From Octopus sinensis (taxonomy: Eukaryota): a stretch of 64,000 nt of DNA. Numbering within the stretch: position 1 is the stretch's first letter; the number at the start of each line of letters is the position of its first letter. This document shows, one piece after another, positions 39,733 through 55,080 of this stretch. Where the stretch lies: the NCBI RefSeq assembly GCF_006345805.1, contig NC_043009.1:53072001-53136000 (forward strand), read 5' to 3'. Under the pieces are notes generated by a model, which saw only the letters and a list, made by a program, of their open reading frames with translations, ran no database searches and was not told the DNA's origin. The translations under genes were made by a program, and so were the position numbers.

Positions 39733-39925
39733 TTAGCCAATAAGTGAAAGAACAATAAGAATTAATAATGAAATGAAGTAACCATTTGAAACTGTTTTTA
39801 CACTGAAGTTCACTCGTTGACAGTCCTTAGACATAACATCATTGAAATACTCCTTCACAACCTTCTCAGCCTTTTCTGGACATTTATAGCTGGCAGCTGT
39901 TTCGTCAAGTGTTTTTTTCAATAAT
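39733..39925 (-). CDS. Gene B terminal coding exon (LLKKTLDETAASYKC...YFISLLILIVLSLIG*)
   Basis: ctttttatgtacag acceptor, phase 2, same Cys spacing as 11599-11800. Confidence 0.8.
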
Positions 39926-40021
39926 CTGTACATAAAAAGAAAAAATTGAAGATATTTTAAATTTTCATAGATTTTTTTGAAACAAGAAAAGACATAAAAC
40001 ACCAAAAGCATGTAAATTTTA

Positions 40022-41310
40022 CGAGGGGCGTTCAATAAGTAATGCCCCTGACCCACTTGCAGTTGTTTGATCTAGCTGAAATTTTGCATTTCAGCTAGAA
40101 ATAAATATGTGCACTTATTTATACCTCTATAGATTAAGTGGCGAATTACAGCTCTGAACTAATTGTGGTTTCTGATTTACAGGTGTTTGAACTGAGTCAA
40201 GTGTGAAATGGAGCCTGTTGAGTGTCGAGCAGTGATCTGGTTTTTGTATTTGAAAGGACGCACACCACGGGAGACTTTTGATGAAATGAAAGTAACTTAT
40301 GGTGATGATGCCCCATCATATGACCTTGTAAAACGCTGGCATTGTGAATTCAAACATAGTCGGAACTCTGTGGAAACAGCTCCCAGATCTGGTCGCCCCC
40401 TTCTGCCGTTGATGAGACGTCTGTCCGTCAAGTTGAGGCTGCCATTTTGGAAGGTCAATGCATAACTATTCGCCAAATAGCCCATAAGGTCAAGATTAGT
40501 ACCGGGTCTGTGGAAACTATCATTCATGACCATTTGCATATGCAAAAGGTGTCTGCCAGATGGATTTCCAGGTTGCTCACAACTTTCCAGAAGCAAGAAC
40601 GCGTTGAGTGCTCGAGGATGAATTTGGAGATGTGCCAAGAAGATGAGTCAACATTTTTCAAAAGACTGATCACACAGGATAAAACCTGGGTCCATCACTA
40701 TGATCCAGAGACCAAAGCCCAGTCAATGCAGTGGAAGCACCGTGACTCACCTCCTCCAAAGAAGGCAAGGGTGCAGCCCTCCGCTGACAAGTTTATGCTC
40801 ACAGTCTTCTGGGACCAGAACGGAGTAGTGATGACAGATTTCCTGGCAAAGGGTACCACAATTACAGGAGCCTATTATGCTTCACTTTTGAGGAAATTAA
40901 GAGAAGCTATCAAAATCAAGAGGCGGGGCAAGATCAGCAAAGGCATCCTCCTCCTGCAGGACAACACTCCGGTCCACAACTCGCGTGTCGCCAGATCAGA
41001 AGCACAGACGTGCAGCTATGAACTCCTCCCCTTGCACCCTCTGATTTTCACCTCTTCCCAGCCATGAAGTTGATTTTGAAAGGAAAGCGTTTCCCAGATG
41101 ATGCAGCCTTGATTTCTGAAGTCACGTCGTGGTTGGAGGACCAAGCTGGGGTCTTCTACAAAAACGGTCTCCAGAGCTGTATCAAACGATGGGAGAAATG
41201 CATAACTCTGGGTAGTTCCTATGTAGGAAAAGGCTAATAACTGTGCCAAGTGTCGTTGCTCTACTGCTATGGGAAGTGGGTCAGGGGCATTACTTATTGA
41301 ACGCCCCTCG
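40022..41310 (+). mobile_element. Mariner transposon (irritans-like), full length, frameshifted
   Basis: Perfect TIRs cgaggggcgttcaataagtaatgcccctgacccactt; ITQDKTWVHHYDPE and LQDNTPVH motifs. Confidence 0.95.
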
Positions 41311-41414
41311 TCATACAATAAGCCTGATGCAAAGGTAAGAAAAATAAAATATTTCATGTTTAGAATAGAATTAGAAATTTATAATAGAATTATCAAATTA
41401 CAATCTATGTTTGT

Positions 41415-41646
41415 TATTTCTATATTGCCCACAAGGCGCTAAACATAGAGGGGACAAACAAGGCCAGACAAAGGGATTAAGTCGATTACATCGATCCCAG
41501 TGCGTAACTGGTACTTAATTTATCGACCCCGAAAGGATGAAAGGCAAAGTCGACCTCGGCGGAATTTGAACTCAGAACGTAACGGCAGACGAAATACAGC
41601 TAAGCATTTCATCCGGCGTGCTAACGTTTCTGCCAGCTCGCCGCCT
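41415..41646 (-). mobile_element. SINE family A, full length
   Basis: Complete head and tail. Confidence 0.85.
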
Positions 41647-41807
41647 TCTGTTACAATGTATGTTTGGTATTTGTGAGGGTTTATTGTAATGAATGGAACA
41701 CAGCAAAATAAAACAGTGACCTTCTTTCAATATTTCAGCGGAAATTGCTCACTCCAGTAAGGAAGATTTGTCGGGAGAAGCATGTCTGTCTTATAATCCA
41801 TCCTTAT

Positions 41808-42199
41808 CTCTCTTTTACTCTTTTGCTTGTTTCAGTCATTTGACTGCGGCCATGCTGGAGCACCGCCTTTAGTCGAGCAAATCGACCCCGGGACTTATTC
41901 TTTGTAAGCCTAGTACTTATTTTATCGGTCTCTTTTGCCGAACCGCTAAGTGACGGGGACGTAAACACACCAGCATCGGTTGTCAAGCAATGCTAGGGGG
42001 ACAAACACAAACACACAAACGCACACATACATATATACGACAGGCTTCTTTCAGTTTCCGTCTACCAAATCCACTCACAAGGCATTGGTCGGCCCGGGGC
42101 TATAGCAGAAGACACTTGCCCAAGATGCCACGCAGTGGGACTGAACCTGGAACCATGTGGTTGGTTAGCAAGCTACTTACCACACAGCCACTCCTGCGC
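41808..42199 (-). mobile_element. SINE family B, full length
   Basis: Reverse complement of the 18823 copy. Confidence 0.85.
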
Positions 42200-42519
42200 A
42201 TATATATATATATGTATACAATAAACAAACTTTGGAGCCATCGAATGTGATTCGCGTTTTGCAGACAAGAAAGTAAATTTGGAATGCAGTAAATCTGTGA
42301 GGATAGCAGAGATAGATTGTGTATTTACCGCACCCCGTAAAACAGTAAAAGAAAATTGCCAGCTGACTTCTAAGGGAATCGAACCCGCACTCAGATACCG
42401 GCTGAGTACGCTTACCCTTACACGAAACAGCCCCTGCCGACAGTAGCTCTCAATTTTAATGCTAGATTATAACTTCCGAATTCCACAACATGTTACAAAC
42501 TTTGGAAGCGTCGAATATG

Positions 42520-42522
42520 GTT

Positions 42523-42563
<41 letters not shown>

Positions 42564-42564
42564 G

Positions 42565-42595
<31 letters not shown>

Positions 42596-42601
42596 AATAT
42601 A

Positions 42602-42638
<37 letters not shown>

Positions 42639-42745
42639 TTATATATATGTATATATATATATATAGTATATATATATGTATATATATATGTAATATATAT
42701 ATATATGTATATATATATGTATATATATATGTATATATATATATG

Positions 42746-42786
<41 letters not shown>

Positions 42787-42968
42787 GCATATATATGTAT
42801 ATATATATGCATATATATATATGTATATATATATATATAAATATATGTATATATATATATGTATATATACATATGTATATATATATATGTATAATATATA
42901 TATATATATATGTGTATATATATATGTGTATATCTCTCTATATATAAACGGCAGTTTGTCTGTCTGTG

Positions 42969-43020
<52 letters not shown>

Positions 43021-43225
43021 TATATAATATATACACAGACAGACAAATATGTATATATATATATATATATATATACAGAGACAGACAAACTGCCGTTTAT
43101 ATATAGAGAGATATACACATGTATATATATATATATACATTTTTAGGTAATAATAGCATTAGTCGAATCTATTTTTATGCTGTCGAAGTGCAAAGTTTCC
43201 ATAGTTCCGACGGCCAACGGCATGA

Positions 43226-43275
<50 letters not shown>

Positions 43276-43280
43276 ATGAA
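42520..43280. repeat. Degenerate (TA)n array containing a ~50-bp inverted repeat
   Basis: Seen directly; arms at about 42926-42975 and 43070-43118. Confidence 0.85.
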
Positions 43281-43603
43281 TCAAGGTTACTATTGGTTTC
43301 ATGCTAAGAAAAGTCAGAATATATCCTAGTGTCTCGCGGCATGCACTACATGGTTATTGGCTGCTACTATATTGAAACCACGACGAACTGAGGACATGGT
43401 TCGAAGTCGACGACTTCAAACTAACGGAGACAACACTCGTATATCACCTTCTGCCTGACTCCGATTTTATATTCACACACGACTAATGCCCAAATTTAAA
43501 CTTAGAAAGTATATAATAACACTACCGATGGTACAGGGTAATTCTGAAGATGGACGACCTTTATACAGTAACTTACCACATTCCCAATGGAATATAACAT
43601 AAC

Positions 43604-43687
<84 letters not shown>

Positions 43688-43689
<2 letters not shown>

Positions 43690-43935
43690 AGGCGCATGGC
43701 TTAGTGGTTAGGGTGTCAGCACCATGATCGTAAGATTGTGGTTGCGATTCCTGGACCGGGCGACGCGTTGTGTTCTTGAGCAAAACACTTCATTTCACGT
43801 TGCTCCAGTCCACTCAGCCGGCAAAATTGAGTAACGTTGCGATAGAATAGCGTTCCGTCCAGCTGGGGAACACATACGCCATAGTAACCGGGAAACCGGG
43901 CCCATGAGCCTGTCTAAGCTTTAAAAGGGCGCATT
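43688..43935 (+). mobile_element. tRNA-derived SINE family C (CORE-like)
   Basis: A-box tggcttagtgg, B-box-like gttgcgattcc, then gtgttcttgagcaaaacact..tgctccagtccactcag. Confidence 0.7.
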
Positions 43936-43941
43936 TATTAG

Positions 43942-43981
<40 letters not shown>

Positions 43982-44172
43982 TATATTTGTGATGGGTGTA
44001 AGGAAACGAATTTAATCCATTGTGGAAACTAAAGCTTCAGCTATTACTGCTACTGCTGCTGCTGCTGTTATGTTACGTAAAAATGTTTCAGTCCTTTCAG
44101 TATGTACCACATTCCACTAAAGTTTACTGTTGTATAAACAAAGATGACAATCCATTATTTATCAGCAGCATT

Positions 44173-44571
44173 GGGCATAGAAGTGGCTGTGTGGTAAGTA
44201 GCTTGCTTACTAACCACATGGTTCCGGGTTCAGTCCCACTGCATGGCACCTTGGGCAAGTGTCTTCTGCTATAGCCCCGGGCCGACCAATGCCTTGTGAG
44301 TGGATTTGGTAGACGGAAACTGAAAGAAGCCCGTCGTATATATGTATACATATATGTATGTGTGTGTGTATGTCTGTCTGTGTTTGTTCCCCCAACATCG
44401 CTTGACAATCGATGCTGGTGTGTTTACGTCCTCGTAACCTAGCGGTTCGGTAAAAGAGAACGAGAGAATAAGTAGTAGGATTACAAAGAATAAGTTCTGG
44501 GGTCGATTTGTTCGACTAAAGATGGTGCTCCAGCATGGCCACAGTCAAATGATTGAAACAAGTAAAAGAGT
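44173..44571 (+). mobile_element. SINE family B
   Basis: Matches the 18823 copy. Confidence 0.85.
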
Positions 44572-45299
44572 AATTGTGTACAATACATAGATTCATATAA
44601 TAATGCATGATGTAAAAATATTGGACATATGAATATTGATCCGGTGTAAAGTGGGACCCATTAAAATAAATTTTCTTATCCTATCACCTACAGGCATAGT
44701 CTACCCTCCTACTGAATTTCAGCGCTATTGCTGATTATAGATAATATATGCATGGGACAACCACAGTTACATTCATTATACAATATATATAGCTAGCTTT
44801 TAGTACTGAGAATTGTTTACATATGTTTTTAGGTATATCAGCGGACCATTAACATCTGCATACTTCACACACCAGAATATATTAAAATGTAGATATTCAT
44901 ATCAATATTTTAATATTGTTTTGACCAGCAACATGTTACACCTTTTGTACAGGAAAGTTGAATCATCTTTGTGTCCGCAAAAGTGTTTTTCTTTTATTCT
45001 TTTCTTTTACCTGTTTCAGTCGTTTGACTGCAACCATGCTGGAGCACCGCCTTAGAGTGATTTAGTCGATGAAATCGCCCCGCTCCTGAATTTATTCCTT
45101 GTAAGCCTGGTATTTATTCTTCCGGTCTTTTTTTGCCAAGTTACGGAGATGTAAACACACCAACAGCGTTTGTCAAGCGATGGTGGGTGAAGAGAAAAAC
45201 AAAGACACGTATTTATTTGTGGAAGACATGGGAATGGAAAAAAAATGAAGCTAAACTTGTTGCTAAAGGATATTCTTCTGATCAACAAAACCGAATATA

Positions 45300-45375
<76 letters not shown>

Positions 45376-46264
45376 TAAGAGAGTGACCACTATATGGTCG
45401 ACTCTAGCGCTAAAAATAGATCCGCTATGGTATCAGCCACAAAAAATTGTTTCCAAGGAGAATTAATACAACATTTAACGTAAATGCGCAGGGCAAGTGA
45501 AAAATAACAAAAATATAGATCAACTTTGGACAATTGTTTCGCTATTAATGTAATATGCAATTTTACTTACACAACATCTATAGGTCATCAGCAGAATTTG
45601 TCTAAAATACAATTTATTAAATCGCACGCTGAATTTTAACATAACGTCAAACACACGTGTGGTTTAATCGATTGTACTAGCAGTTATGATTCAAATTCCC
45701 TCAATAGAAGTGCGATAAGACTTCCGGAAACAAGTACTGCATAAAATATTTACTCCAGTATAATTAAAATTACAAATAAGGGTGAAAAATTAGATATTAA
45801 TTTAATAATACCATTTATGCGATGTGTTTATTGGACACCCTGCGGAATGAAAAACAAAACCCGTCAAAGGGTGGAGGAACTCTTGAGAGTCAACGACCAT
45901 CCAATAAATGTCTTAACGCTGTATCATGCGCGGGGACATAGAAATAATCGGACTGAATACCCGATCGCGCAGTTAAACCATTGGGAGTGAAGGACTCCTA
46001 GCCTTTGTTAGGGCATCCTTCTAGGAGAAGGTAACTCAGGTAACTGGGATAACTCCGACATAAATCCTGCAGCTCAGTGGTTACCGATGATGTTGACTTG
46101 TTCTTCTTTTCGGATTATGGCTGCTGTTGCTTAGTGAGTGGGATAGACTCAGTGCACAGCCTTTCCTCACTTTAAAAAAAATCTTCTTGCACAGGCATTG
46201 CATGATAACAACATTGATTAAGCTTCGTGCAATGGCCCTACTCGATAACGAGGAGGCAGCCACC

Positions 46265-46277
46265 ATATATACATATA

Positions 46278-46333
<56 letters not shown>

Positions 46334-46650
46334 CATATATATATATACATATATATACATATATATATAACATATATATATATACACACATATATATACA
46401 TATATATTATACATATATATATACATATATATATACATATATATATACATATATATCATATATATATATATACATGTATATACATATATATACACACAAA
46501 TATATATACTCACGTATATATATATATACATATATATATATACACACATATATATACATATATATATACACACACATATATATTTACATATATATACATA
46601 TATATAGATACATATATATATATATATATACATATATATACATACATATA

Positions 46651-46686
<36 letters not shown>

Positions 46687-46690
46687 TATA
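46265..46690. repeat. Degenerate (TA)/(TACA) microsatellite
   Basis: Seen directly. Confidence 0.95.
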
Positions 46691-46822
46691 CTCTTTACTA
46701 ATTTACTTGTTTCAGTCATTTGACTGTGGCTATGCTGGAGCACCACCTTTAGTCGAACAAATCGACCCCAGGATTTATTCTTTGTAAGCCTAGTACTTAT
46801 TCTATCGGTCTCTTTTGGCGAA

Positions 46823-46888
<66 letters not shown>

Positions 46889-47089
46889 ATGCGTGTGTGT
46901 GCATGTGTGTGTGTGGGGTGGATAATATATATGTATATATATTGTACCTAAAGGAGAGATTAATGTAAAACTGGTGTGATTTGAATGCATGACAATAATG
47001 GATGATCCTAATTATGGTAACAATCAATCCTGTCTGCTAATCATCACTAAATGATAATCCAGTGATTGAAATAAGTTTTCTCTACGTAC

Positions 47090-47234
47090 GGACAGTATTC
47101 TTCATAGTATTCATCTTCTAATATTTCCTTATTTATAACCTTCACCATCATGGAAGCCACTTTCTTCAGAAGCGGTTGAATTATATTTTGCACGTCAGGT
47201 AATTTGTTTATGCAGCTTCCACCGGATATGAGAT
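47090..47234 (-). CDS. Gene B internal exon (LISGGSCINK...EDEYYEEYC)
   Basis: ttatttcag acceptor and GTACGT donor; 145 bp, phase 1 to 2; ends EYC-P like gene A. Confidence 0.8.
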
Positions 47235-47559
47235 CTGAAATAAATTAAAACAAAACTAGCTCTGAATAATCTTTTACAACAGTTTCTTAAATTCATGTAT
47301 GTGTTTGTGTGTGTGTGTATGTGTAAGTGTATGTATGTGCCTCCGTATCTGGGAAAAAAGTATTTTCCTAGTACGGCTCAACAAAACGGAAAACAATTTG
47401 CTGGTGATTCAACGAATAATGAAAATGCCGGGTAGTTTTCCAAGTAGCTTGAGAAATATGTTCCTAGAACCTGTACTGTTTGCAAGGTTAAACTAGCAGA
47501 TCTGAAAGCCAGCAAAAGCTTCTTACAAATGATCTAAAAATCGCTTGTGTATTGAGAGC

Positions 47560-48720
47560 ACCGTGAGATATGACGCGGTTGGTAAATCAGACGAAGTCAT
47601 TTCAGAAATGTACTAAGCAACGGGATGCAATTTCTCTTCTGACCAGGTTTTCATTCACAATGACACTAACCATTTTTGAAAAAGGAATTGCCTTGGAAGA
47701 CCTACATCACAAAAGAGATCATAGTGTCTACATATAACCAACTTTTCTGCGCGAATGCTTCAAGAAATTTGAAGTTGAAATCGTTCCTGAAGCATTATTC
47801 AAGGACCCCCAGAACATCCAAAAACATCCCCAACGACACGCTAACTTCATGGACTAAATTCTCCTAACCTCATGGACCAAATTCTGCTGTTGTTTGCTTT
47901 TATCAAAATCCATTTCCTGCCTTTTTCCTATTACAATCCACTGATCCATAAATGATAACAAGTTTTGAAAAAATGTATATACAAAATATTTATTCAAAAT
48001 TCGGAGTTTTTGAGGATGAAATGGATTTGAATTGGCATAGAGGATTACTGGAAGCATGCAAATGCTTTTGTACACCATTATGTCAAACGCCGTTACAGTG
48101 AATCACGATTAAAGGAGATAGCGAATGACATAGCTAAGATTAGCAAAGAAAGTCAAACCTCCTCGCATAATTTCAGCAAACACAGTACAACATGTGACAG
48201 GATTCCTTTAGTGATTAACGGACACCGAAATTTCACTGGTATTTCAAGTGTCGCATGAAAGTTACCAGATATTTCCCCAACCGCCTATTGTAGGTTTTAG
48301 ACGGAATAGAAATACAAGAGAACTATTAACCTCTACTGCTGACTGCAAGAAAACTAACATTGGAGTATCAGTGCACTATACCTTGAAAAACAGCAGCAAA
48401 AGATGTAAGCCCTGTTCAATGTGCAACAACGTGAATCAAGTGAATCCCATCAGGAATCATAACAGAAATATTATGATTTGTACAGAAAGTTGGACATGTA
48501 GATATTCCTACTTGGTGTATGCAAAAGAATGCAGGAAATACAACTTGATTTATATTGCTTGTACAACAGAGCAAATAAACAAAAGATTTAGTGGGCACAA
48601 ATATGACGTCAGACCCAATAACCGTAATCCGACAGAACTTGCCGAGCATTTTGCATCAAACGGCTGCAATTTTGAAAATGAATTGAAAGTACCATATTCT
48701 CAGAAAATATTCTGAATCTG
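47560..48720 (+). mobile_element. Degenerate Penelope-like fragment
   Basis: PPIVGFRRNRN, CKPCSMC and LVYAKEC..IYIACT..KRFSGH..LAEHF (decayed GIY-YIG). Confidence 0.75.
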
Positions 48721-49261
48721 TTGTGTCTGGGGAGAGTCATTTTCTTTTTGGGGAGTCATTTTCTTTTTGTGCCTTATAATTTAACGGTAAAATTTCCTCA
48801 TATTTCTTATTTTTATTTTCCTAAAATTTTCGTTGCGTCTTGCAAACTTTTCAATAGTATTGACTCTGAATCTGATACACTTTTAATACTCAAAATGCAT
48901 GAGGAGAAATGTGTTTGCGGATTATTAAGATGGCGCCCTGGAGGAATGAATAGAAGACGAGAATTTCATGAAATGTACACAAAGCTGTTAGATTAAATAT
49001 TATTCTTTTTCCTTTCCTTCTTTTCTTTTTTTCTTTCTTTTTTCTTTTTGGCAGTTGTAAAATTGAAATTTGAAGACTGATGATACAATTCTATCAACAT
49101 GTGGACGCTGCTTACTCTTGTTCATATTTTAGATTTGAATTTCTATAATTTTGAATTTCTATCACTTTTCATTTTGAACTCCACAAAGACGGATTTGCTG
49201 TCGAAATATCGTTCAACGAAGAAAATATCTATAGTAGTCACATCGCGCTCTTCGTCTTGTC

Positions 49262-49577
49262 TATTCTTCTTCTTCTTCTTCTTCTTCTTCTTCTTCTTCT
49301 TCTTCTTCTTCTTCTTCTTTCTCTTCTCCTTCTTCTTCTTCTTCTTCTTCTCCTCCTCCTCCTCCTCCTCCTCCCCTCCTCCTCCTCCTCCTCTTCCTTC
49401 TTCTTCTTCTTCTTTTTCCTCTTCTCCTTCTCTTCTTCTTCTTCTTCTTCTTCTTCTTCTTCTTCTTCTTCTTTATCCTTTTGGAGTTAATGAACTAAAT
49501 ACTAGTGAAACACTTGCATCGATGTATCGACTCATCCCCTCCACCAAAATGACTGCCCTTGTGGAGAAATTTGAAAC

Positions 49578-49616
<39 letters not shown>

Positions 49617-49655
49617 CATTATTATTATCATTATTATTATTATTATTATTATTAT
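49262..49655. repeat. (CTT)n/(CCT)n and (ATT)n trinucleotide repeats
   Basis: Seen directly. Confidence 0.95.
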
Positions 49656-50054
49656 AAACGAACGATCGAACTATATCGTAAATGGTCAGTAAACTGTGGT
49701 TTACAAATGTACTAGTCAATAGTTCGTTTCCGGTTTGTATTTAGGGCCAAGAGAAAAATTGTTGGGTTCCATCGCTCTCCTTTCGTCAGGTGCTGTAGAA
49801 TTCCGAAACAACAAATTGTGAAATCTAACATCAAGTTCTACAATGCTGTTACGGCTTATAACGGATGATAGATGGAGTGCTATATTGTGCTACCAGCACA
49901 CATCTACAAATATAGGAGAGTTGAAAGTTAAATGTTTCACAAACGATTTACAGGAAAACCACCGATCTGTTGCTTCATCTGTCTTTGGTGGATATCAACT
50001 GCTAAATCAAAAGGGACACCAATAACACCAACAGCACTATTACTACTACTACCT

Positions 50055-50376
50055 TAAAAGACTCCGCCGGTTACGGCGACGAGGGTCCCAGCTGATACGA
50101 TCAACGGAACAGCTTGCTCGTGAAATTAACGTGCAAATGGCTGAGCATTCCACAGACACGTGTACCCTTAACGTAGTTCTCGGGGATAATCAGCGTGACA
50201 CAGAGAGTGAGAAGGCTGACCCTTTGAAATACAAGTACAACTCATTTTTGCCAGCTGAGTGGACTGGAGCAACGTGAAATAAAGTGTCTTGCTCAAGGAC
50301 ACAACGCGTCGCCGGGAATCGAACTCACAACCTTACGATCATGAGCCGAATGCCCTAACCACTAAGCCACGCGCCC
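50055..50376 (-). mobile_element. SINE family C, longer copy
   Basis: Minus-strand head ggcgcgtggcttagtggttaggg..gagttcgattccc and gtgtccttgagcaagacact. Confidence 0.75.
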
Positions 50377-50711
50377 TCACACTACTACTACCACCACCAC
50401 CACAAATACCTCTAACAGCAACAATATCACCACCACCACCAACAACAACGACAACAACAGCAACACTCCCCCACCACCACAACAACATCAACAACAGCAG
50501 CAGCAGCAGCAGCAGCCGTTCAAGAATTTGGACCTGGAGATCTCCATTTCCAGCAACTTTGAGGGTCACCTCCCGGTGGTGTCGGGAGTCAACGAAGAGC
50601 CCTCGACTACAACAAGACGACCAAAGATGTTTTTTTTTTCCCAAGGTCTGGGGTCTCCCGCCCCCTAAGCCCTAAACCATCACCTAATCACCCTTACCCG
50701 TCTTGTTGATT

Positions 50712-50760
<49 letters not shown>

Positions 50761-50793
50761 GCAGCAACTGTGAACAAGAACAAAATATCTTAC

Positions 50794-50939
50794 CAGTCTT
50801 GCCTTTACACAATATAGGAATTTCATCAATCACATGGTTTAAATCGATTCCATTATATTTTGTGTACTGCCGAAACTCTTCACAACCGGTCAATTTCTTC
50901 ATGCAATCTGATAGTAATTTCAGCACTTTTGAATTCGGA
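50794..50939 (-). CDS. Gene B internal exon (PNSKVLKLLSDCMKKLTGC...PILCKGKT)
   Basis: ttttatttccag acceptor and GTAAGA donor; 146 bp, phase 2 to 1; same length and Cys spacing as 21474-21619. Confidence 0.8.
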
Positions 50940-51331
50940 CTGGAAATAAAATTAGATTTACACTTATTAGTGTGTGCATACACCCACGCCCGCACGCACG
51001 TATCCCTCCACACACATTATGGACACGTTTTAGCATTTAGAGATGCTAAAGAAGGGGAATTAAATTTTTTCAAGTTTAAATAAAATTCAGTTAAAGAACA
51101 TTGTTTACTTTCTACTTTTTCTCGTTTTTTATCTCATCCTATCGTTCCAATTTTAATTAGTTATACCTTGTGGGTAGTGTCTTATTGTTCTAGATCATCA
51201 GTCGTGTTAAAAACACTGCTTGGCTTGCTCTTAACACATGACACTAATAGTAGCATATAAATACATATACTGTGTTTATTAGATATTTATCTCTCAAGAG
51301 ATAAAGTACTTTTCTATCACGAAACAGTACG

Positions 51332-51375
<44 letters not shown>

Positions 51376-51771
51376 TCTTTTACTTGTTTCAGTTATTTGA
51401 CTGCGGCCATGCTGGAGCACCGCCTATAATCGAGCAAGTCGACCCCAGGACTTATTCTTTGAAAGCTTAGTATTTATTCTATCGGTCTCTTTTGCCGAAC
51501 CGCTAAGCTACGGGGACTTAAACACACCAGCATTGGTTGTCAAGCGATGTTGAGGGACAAACACAGACACACAAACACACACACACACACACATATATAC
51601 ATGTATAAGACGAGCTTCTTTCAGTTTCCGTCTACCAAGTCCACTCACAAGGCTTTGGTCGACCCGAGGCTATAGTAGAAGACACTTGCCCAAGGTGCCA
51701 CGCAGGGGGACTGAACCCGGAACCATGTGGTTGGTAAGCAAGCTACTTACCACACAGCCACTCCTGCGCCT
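51376..51771 (-). mobile_element. SINE family B
   Basis: Reverse complement of the family consensus seen in the other copies. Confidence 0.85.
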
Positions 51772-51955
51772 ATATATATATATTGGGTTATTCCCATTTC
51801 ACATTGCTACATTCCACTCAGCTGGCAAAAATTAGTAATCCTGCGATGGATCGGCGTCCAGTCCAGGTGGGGAATTTTTACGCCACTGAAACCGGGTAAC
51901 CAGCCCTTATGAGCCTGGCATGGCTCGAGAAGGAGACATTTCTTCTTCTTTTCTA

Positions 51956-53060
<1,105 letters not shown>

Positions 53061-53105
53061 TCATATATATATATATATATATTTGGGTGTGTGTGTGTGT
53101 GTGTT

Positions 53106-53138
<33 letters not shown>

Positions 53139-53399
53139 GTTTGTGTGTGCGTTTGCCCCCACTTGACAACCGGTTTTGGTGTGTTTTCGTCTCTATAACT
53201 TAGCTATTCGTCAAAGAGAGAATAAGTACTAGGATTAAAAGTAAGTCCTAGGATCGATTTGTTTGACTAAAGCCCTTCAATACGCTGTTCCAGCATGTCT
53301 GCAGTGAAAAGACTGAATCAAATAAAAGAATTAAAAGAAAATATGTATTAAAAGAAAATATCTGTATATCTACACACATATATATATATATATGCAAAT

Positions 53400-54321
53400 A
53401 TATTCATTTACTACATATGTGGGAAATTCTGTCTGTGGGTGTGTTTGTGGAGTTGTCAGTTAATGCCTCCTACATCGTTTTATCGAATTTTATGAAACGT
53501 GACACGTGAGTAGAACTCATGTCTTGAAATCTCATGGCATACTCTGATTGTTGAAAATATTGATAATTGAGTCACTGGAAGGAATCCTTATATATATCTA
53601 ATATATTTTCTTTTAACTATCAAGGTAAATGACCAATTCTCCCCTGAAAGGGATCCTTATATATAGCCAAGGGAAATAATTCATTCGTTTTCCTAAACTG
53701 TTTGGTATAAATCAAATTAAGTATGTTTATTTCTTAGTATTTGAACTGTTAGAGTTATTTTCGCAATTTATACAGTACAACCACTGAAGAAGTAAATAGT
53801 ATTTTCCTAAACAATAGATCCACTTTTTTCGGTTAGTAACGTATTTACGTATATACCAACACTAGCGCCGCTGAGGGTAATAATCTCTGGGAACGGACAA
53901 AAACCCTTTTCAGAGTTATTTACTTTGCATTGTTATTATCTCATATCTTATTAGCTTGTTATTACGTACCATGCTTCACGACTTTAGTATACATACCTTA
54001 GTAGTATTTCCTTCAGAGTTCTATATACTCTGGGAACGCATTAGAGCCCTTTCGGGGCTACTTTATTTGAATTGTTACTATCGGGTAACTAATTTCATGT
54101 TATTACATAACTAACTTCACAATTTGGGTATTCATTACTTATTGCGAATTCCTAAAGACAAGAACCTGTGTAAGACAGTTCGGTATTTTATGTAAATGCA
54201 CAAAAAACATGTTATTGGCTACATACTTTGTATAGTTGTTATTGGATTAACAAAACAATTATGAGAACGGAATCAAGGTATAAGCTACGCTTTCCCGGGT
54301 ATTCCCGGGTATGTCAACTAG
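53400..54321 (+). mobile_element. Putative non-autonomous Helitron (5' end uncertain)
   Basis: cccggg-tatt-cccggg hairpin at 54294-54309 followed by tatgtcaa-CTAG|T at 54318-54322. Confidence 0.5.
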
Positions 54322-54389
54322 TATATATATGTACATATTCAACATGAGACAATAAATTCTAATCGAACTAAAAATTAGGATATGTCACA

Positions 54390-55080
54390 GATTCATATTG
54401 GCGCTTTTCCTGTAAATTTTTGTGCAATGCTTCCAACAATTTTCCGCAATAATTTTTCATTTTGGTTTAATACTACTTCATGATAGACTACACACTTCAT
54501 ATCTCGCCAAACATAGAACATGACTGCTTTTGGGCATGGTGGCATAGAGTCATGGATTCTTTTTTTTTTTTTTGATTTGGTACGAACCATTTTCTGCTTC
54601 ATTGGAATTGATTGAAGAAAAGCCATTTTACCTCTCTTCTGCTGATATGCCAAAGAGATATTCTGTAGTAAGACTACTCTTAAATGACGAACAGAGGGAA
54701 ACTCATTTATTAAATCAAGAAGCGCTCAATGATGAGGATCTCACTGACCAAATAAAGATATTTTCTTTTAGTTCATGAAGGTGTTTTATGATAGAAGTTT
54801 TATCGGAAATGAAATGCTTTGCTAATTCTCATGCACTTTGTTTCGGGTCTTCTTCAGTTATGGTTTTTAAAGGCTGACTATTGATAGAACTTGGTCGTCA
54901 AGATCATCAGTGATCTGTAAGAGAAATATACCATGAGCGAAATTGGTGAAACCATCGTTGGGATGTCTAGACATTTAACGCTTCATTTTCATAGCCCGAA
55001 TTCTTCTTGGTGCTTCTATTGATGAAGGGCCCCTTCTAAATTCATACAACGTGCAGTGTCTGATATCAGTCTGATTTAAA
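54390..55080 (-). mobile_element. Very degenerate mariner relic
   Basis: KAVMFYVWRDMKCVVYHE resembles KVMLxVWWDxKGxxYxE. Confidence 0.4.

Noticed and set aside
42459-43146. Long YI/IY-rich ORFs (also 2795-3456, 46081-46746, 31665-32627, 57970-58462 and similar)
   Set aside because: They are translations of TA, CA and TACA microsatellites, which lack stop codons in some frames.
43688-43770. tRNA genes in SINE heads (also 50300-50376 and family A/B heads)
   Set aside because: A/B boxes are present but no complete cloverleaf, and each continues into a repeated SINE body.
49099-49692. 197-aa ORF with poly-F/S/L/I
   Set aside because: Produced by CTT, CCT and ATT trinucleotide repeats.
49735-49792. 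CTGACGA...GAAAC on the minus strand as a hammerhead
   Set aside because: The intervening sequence does not form a convincing stem II and there is no stem I or III pairing.
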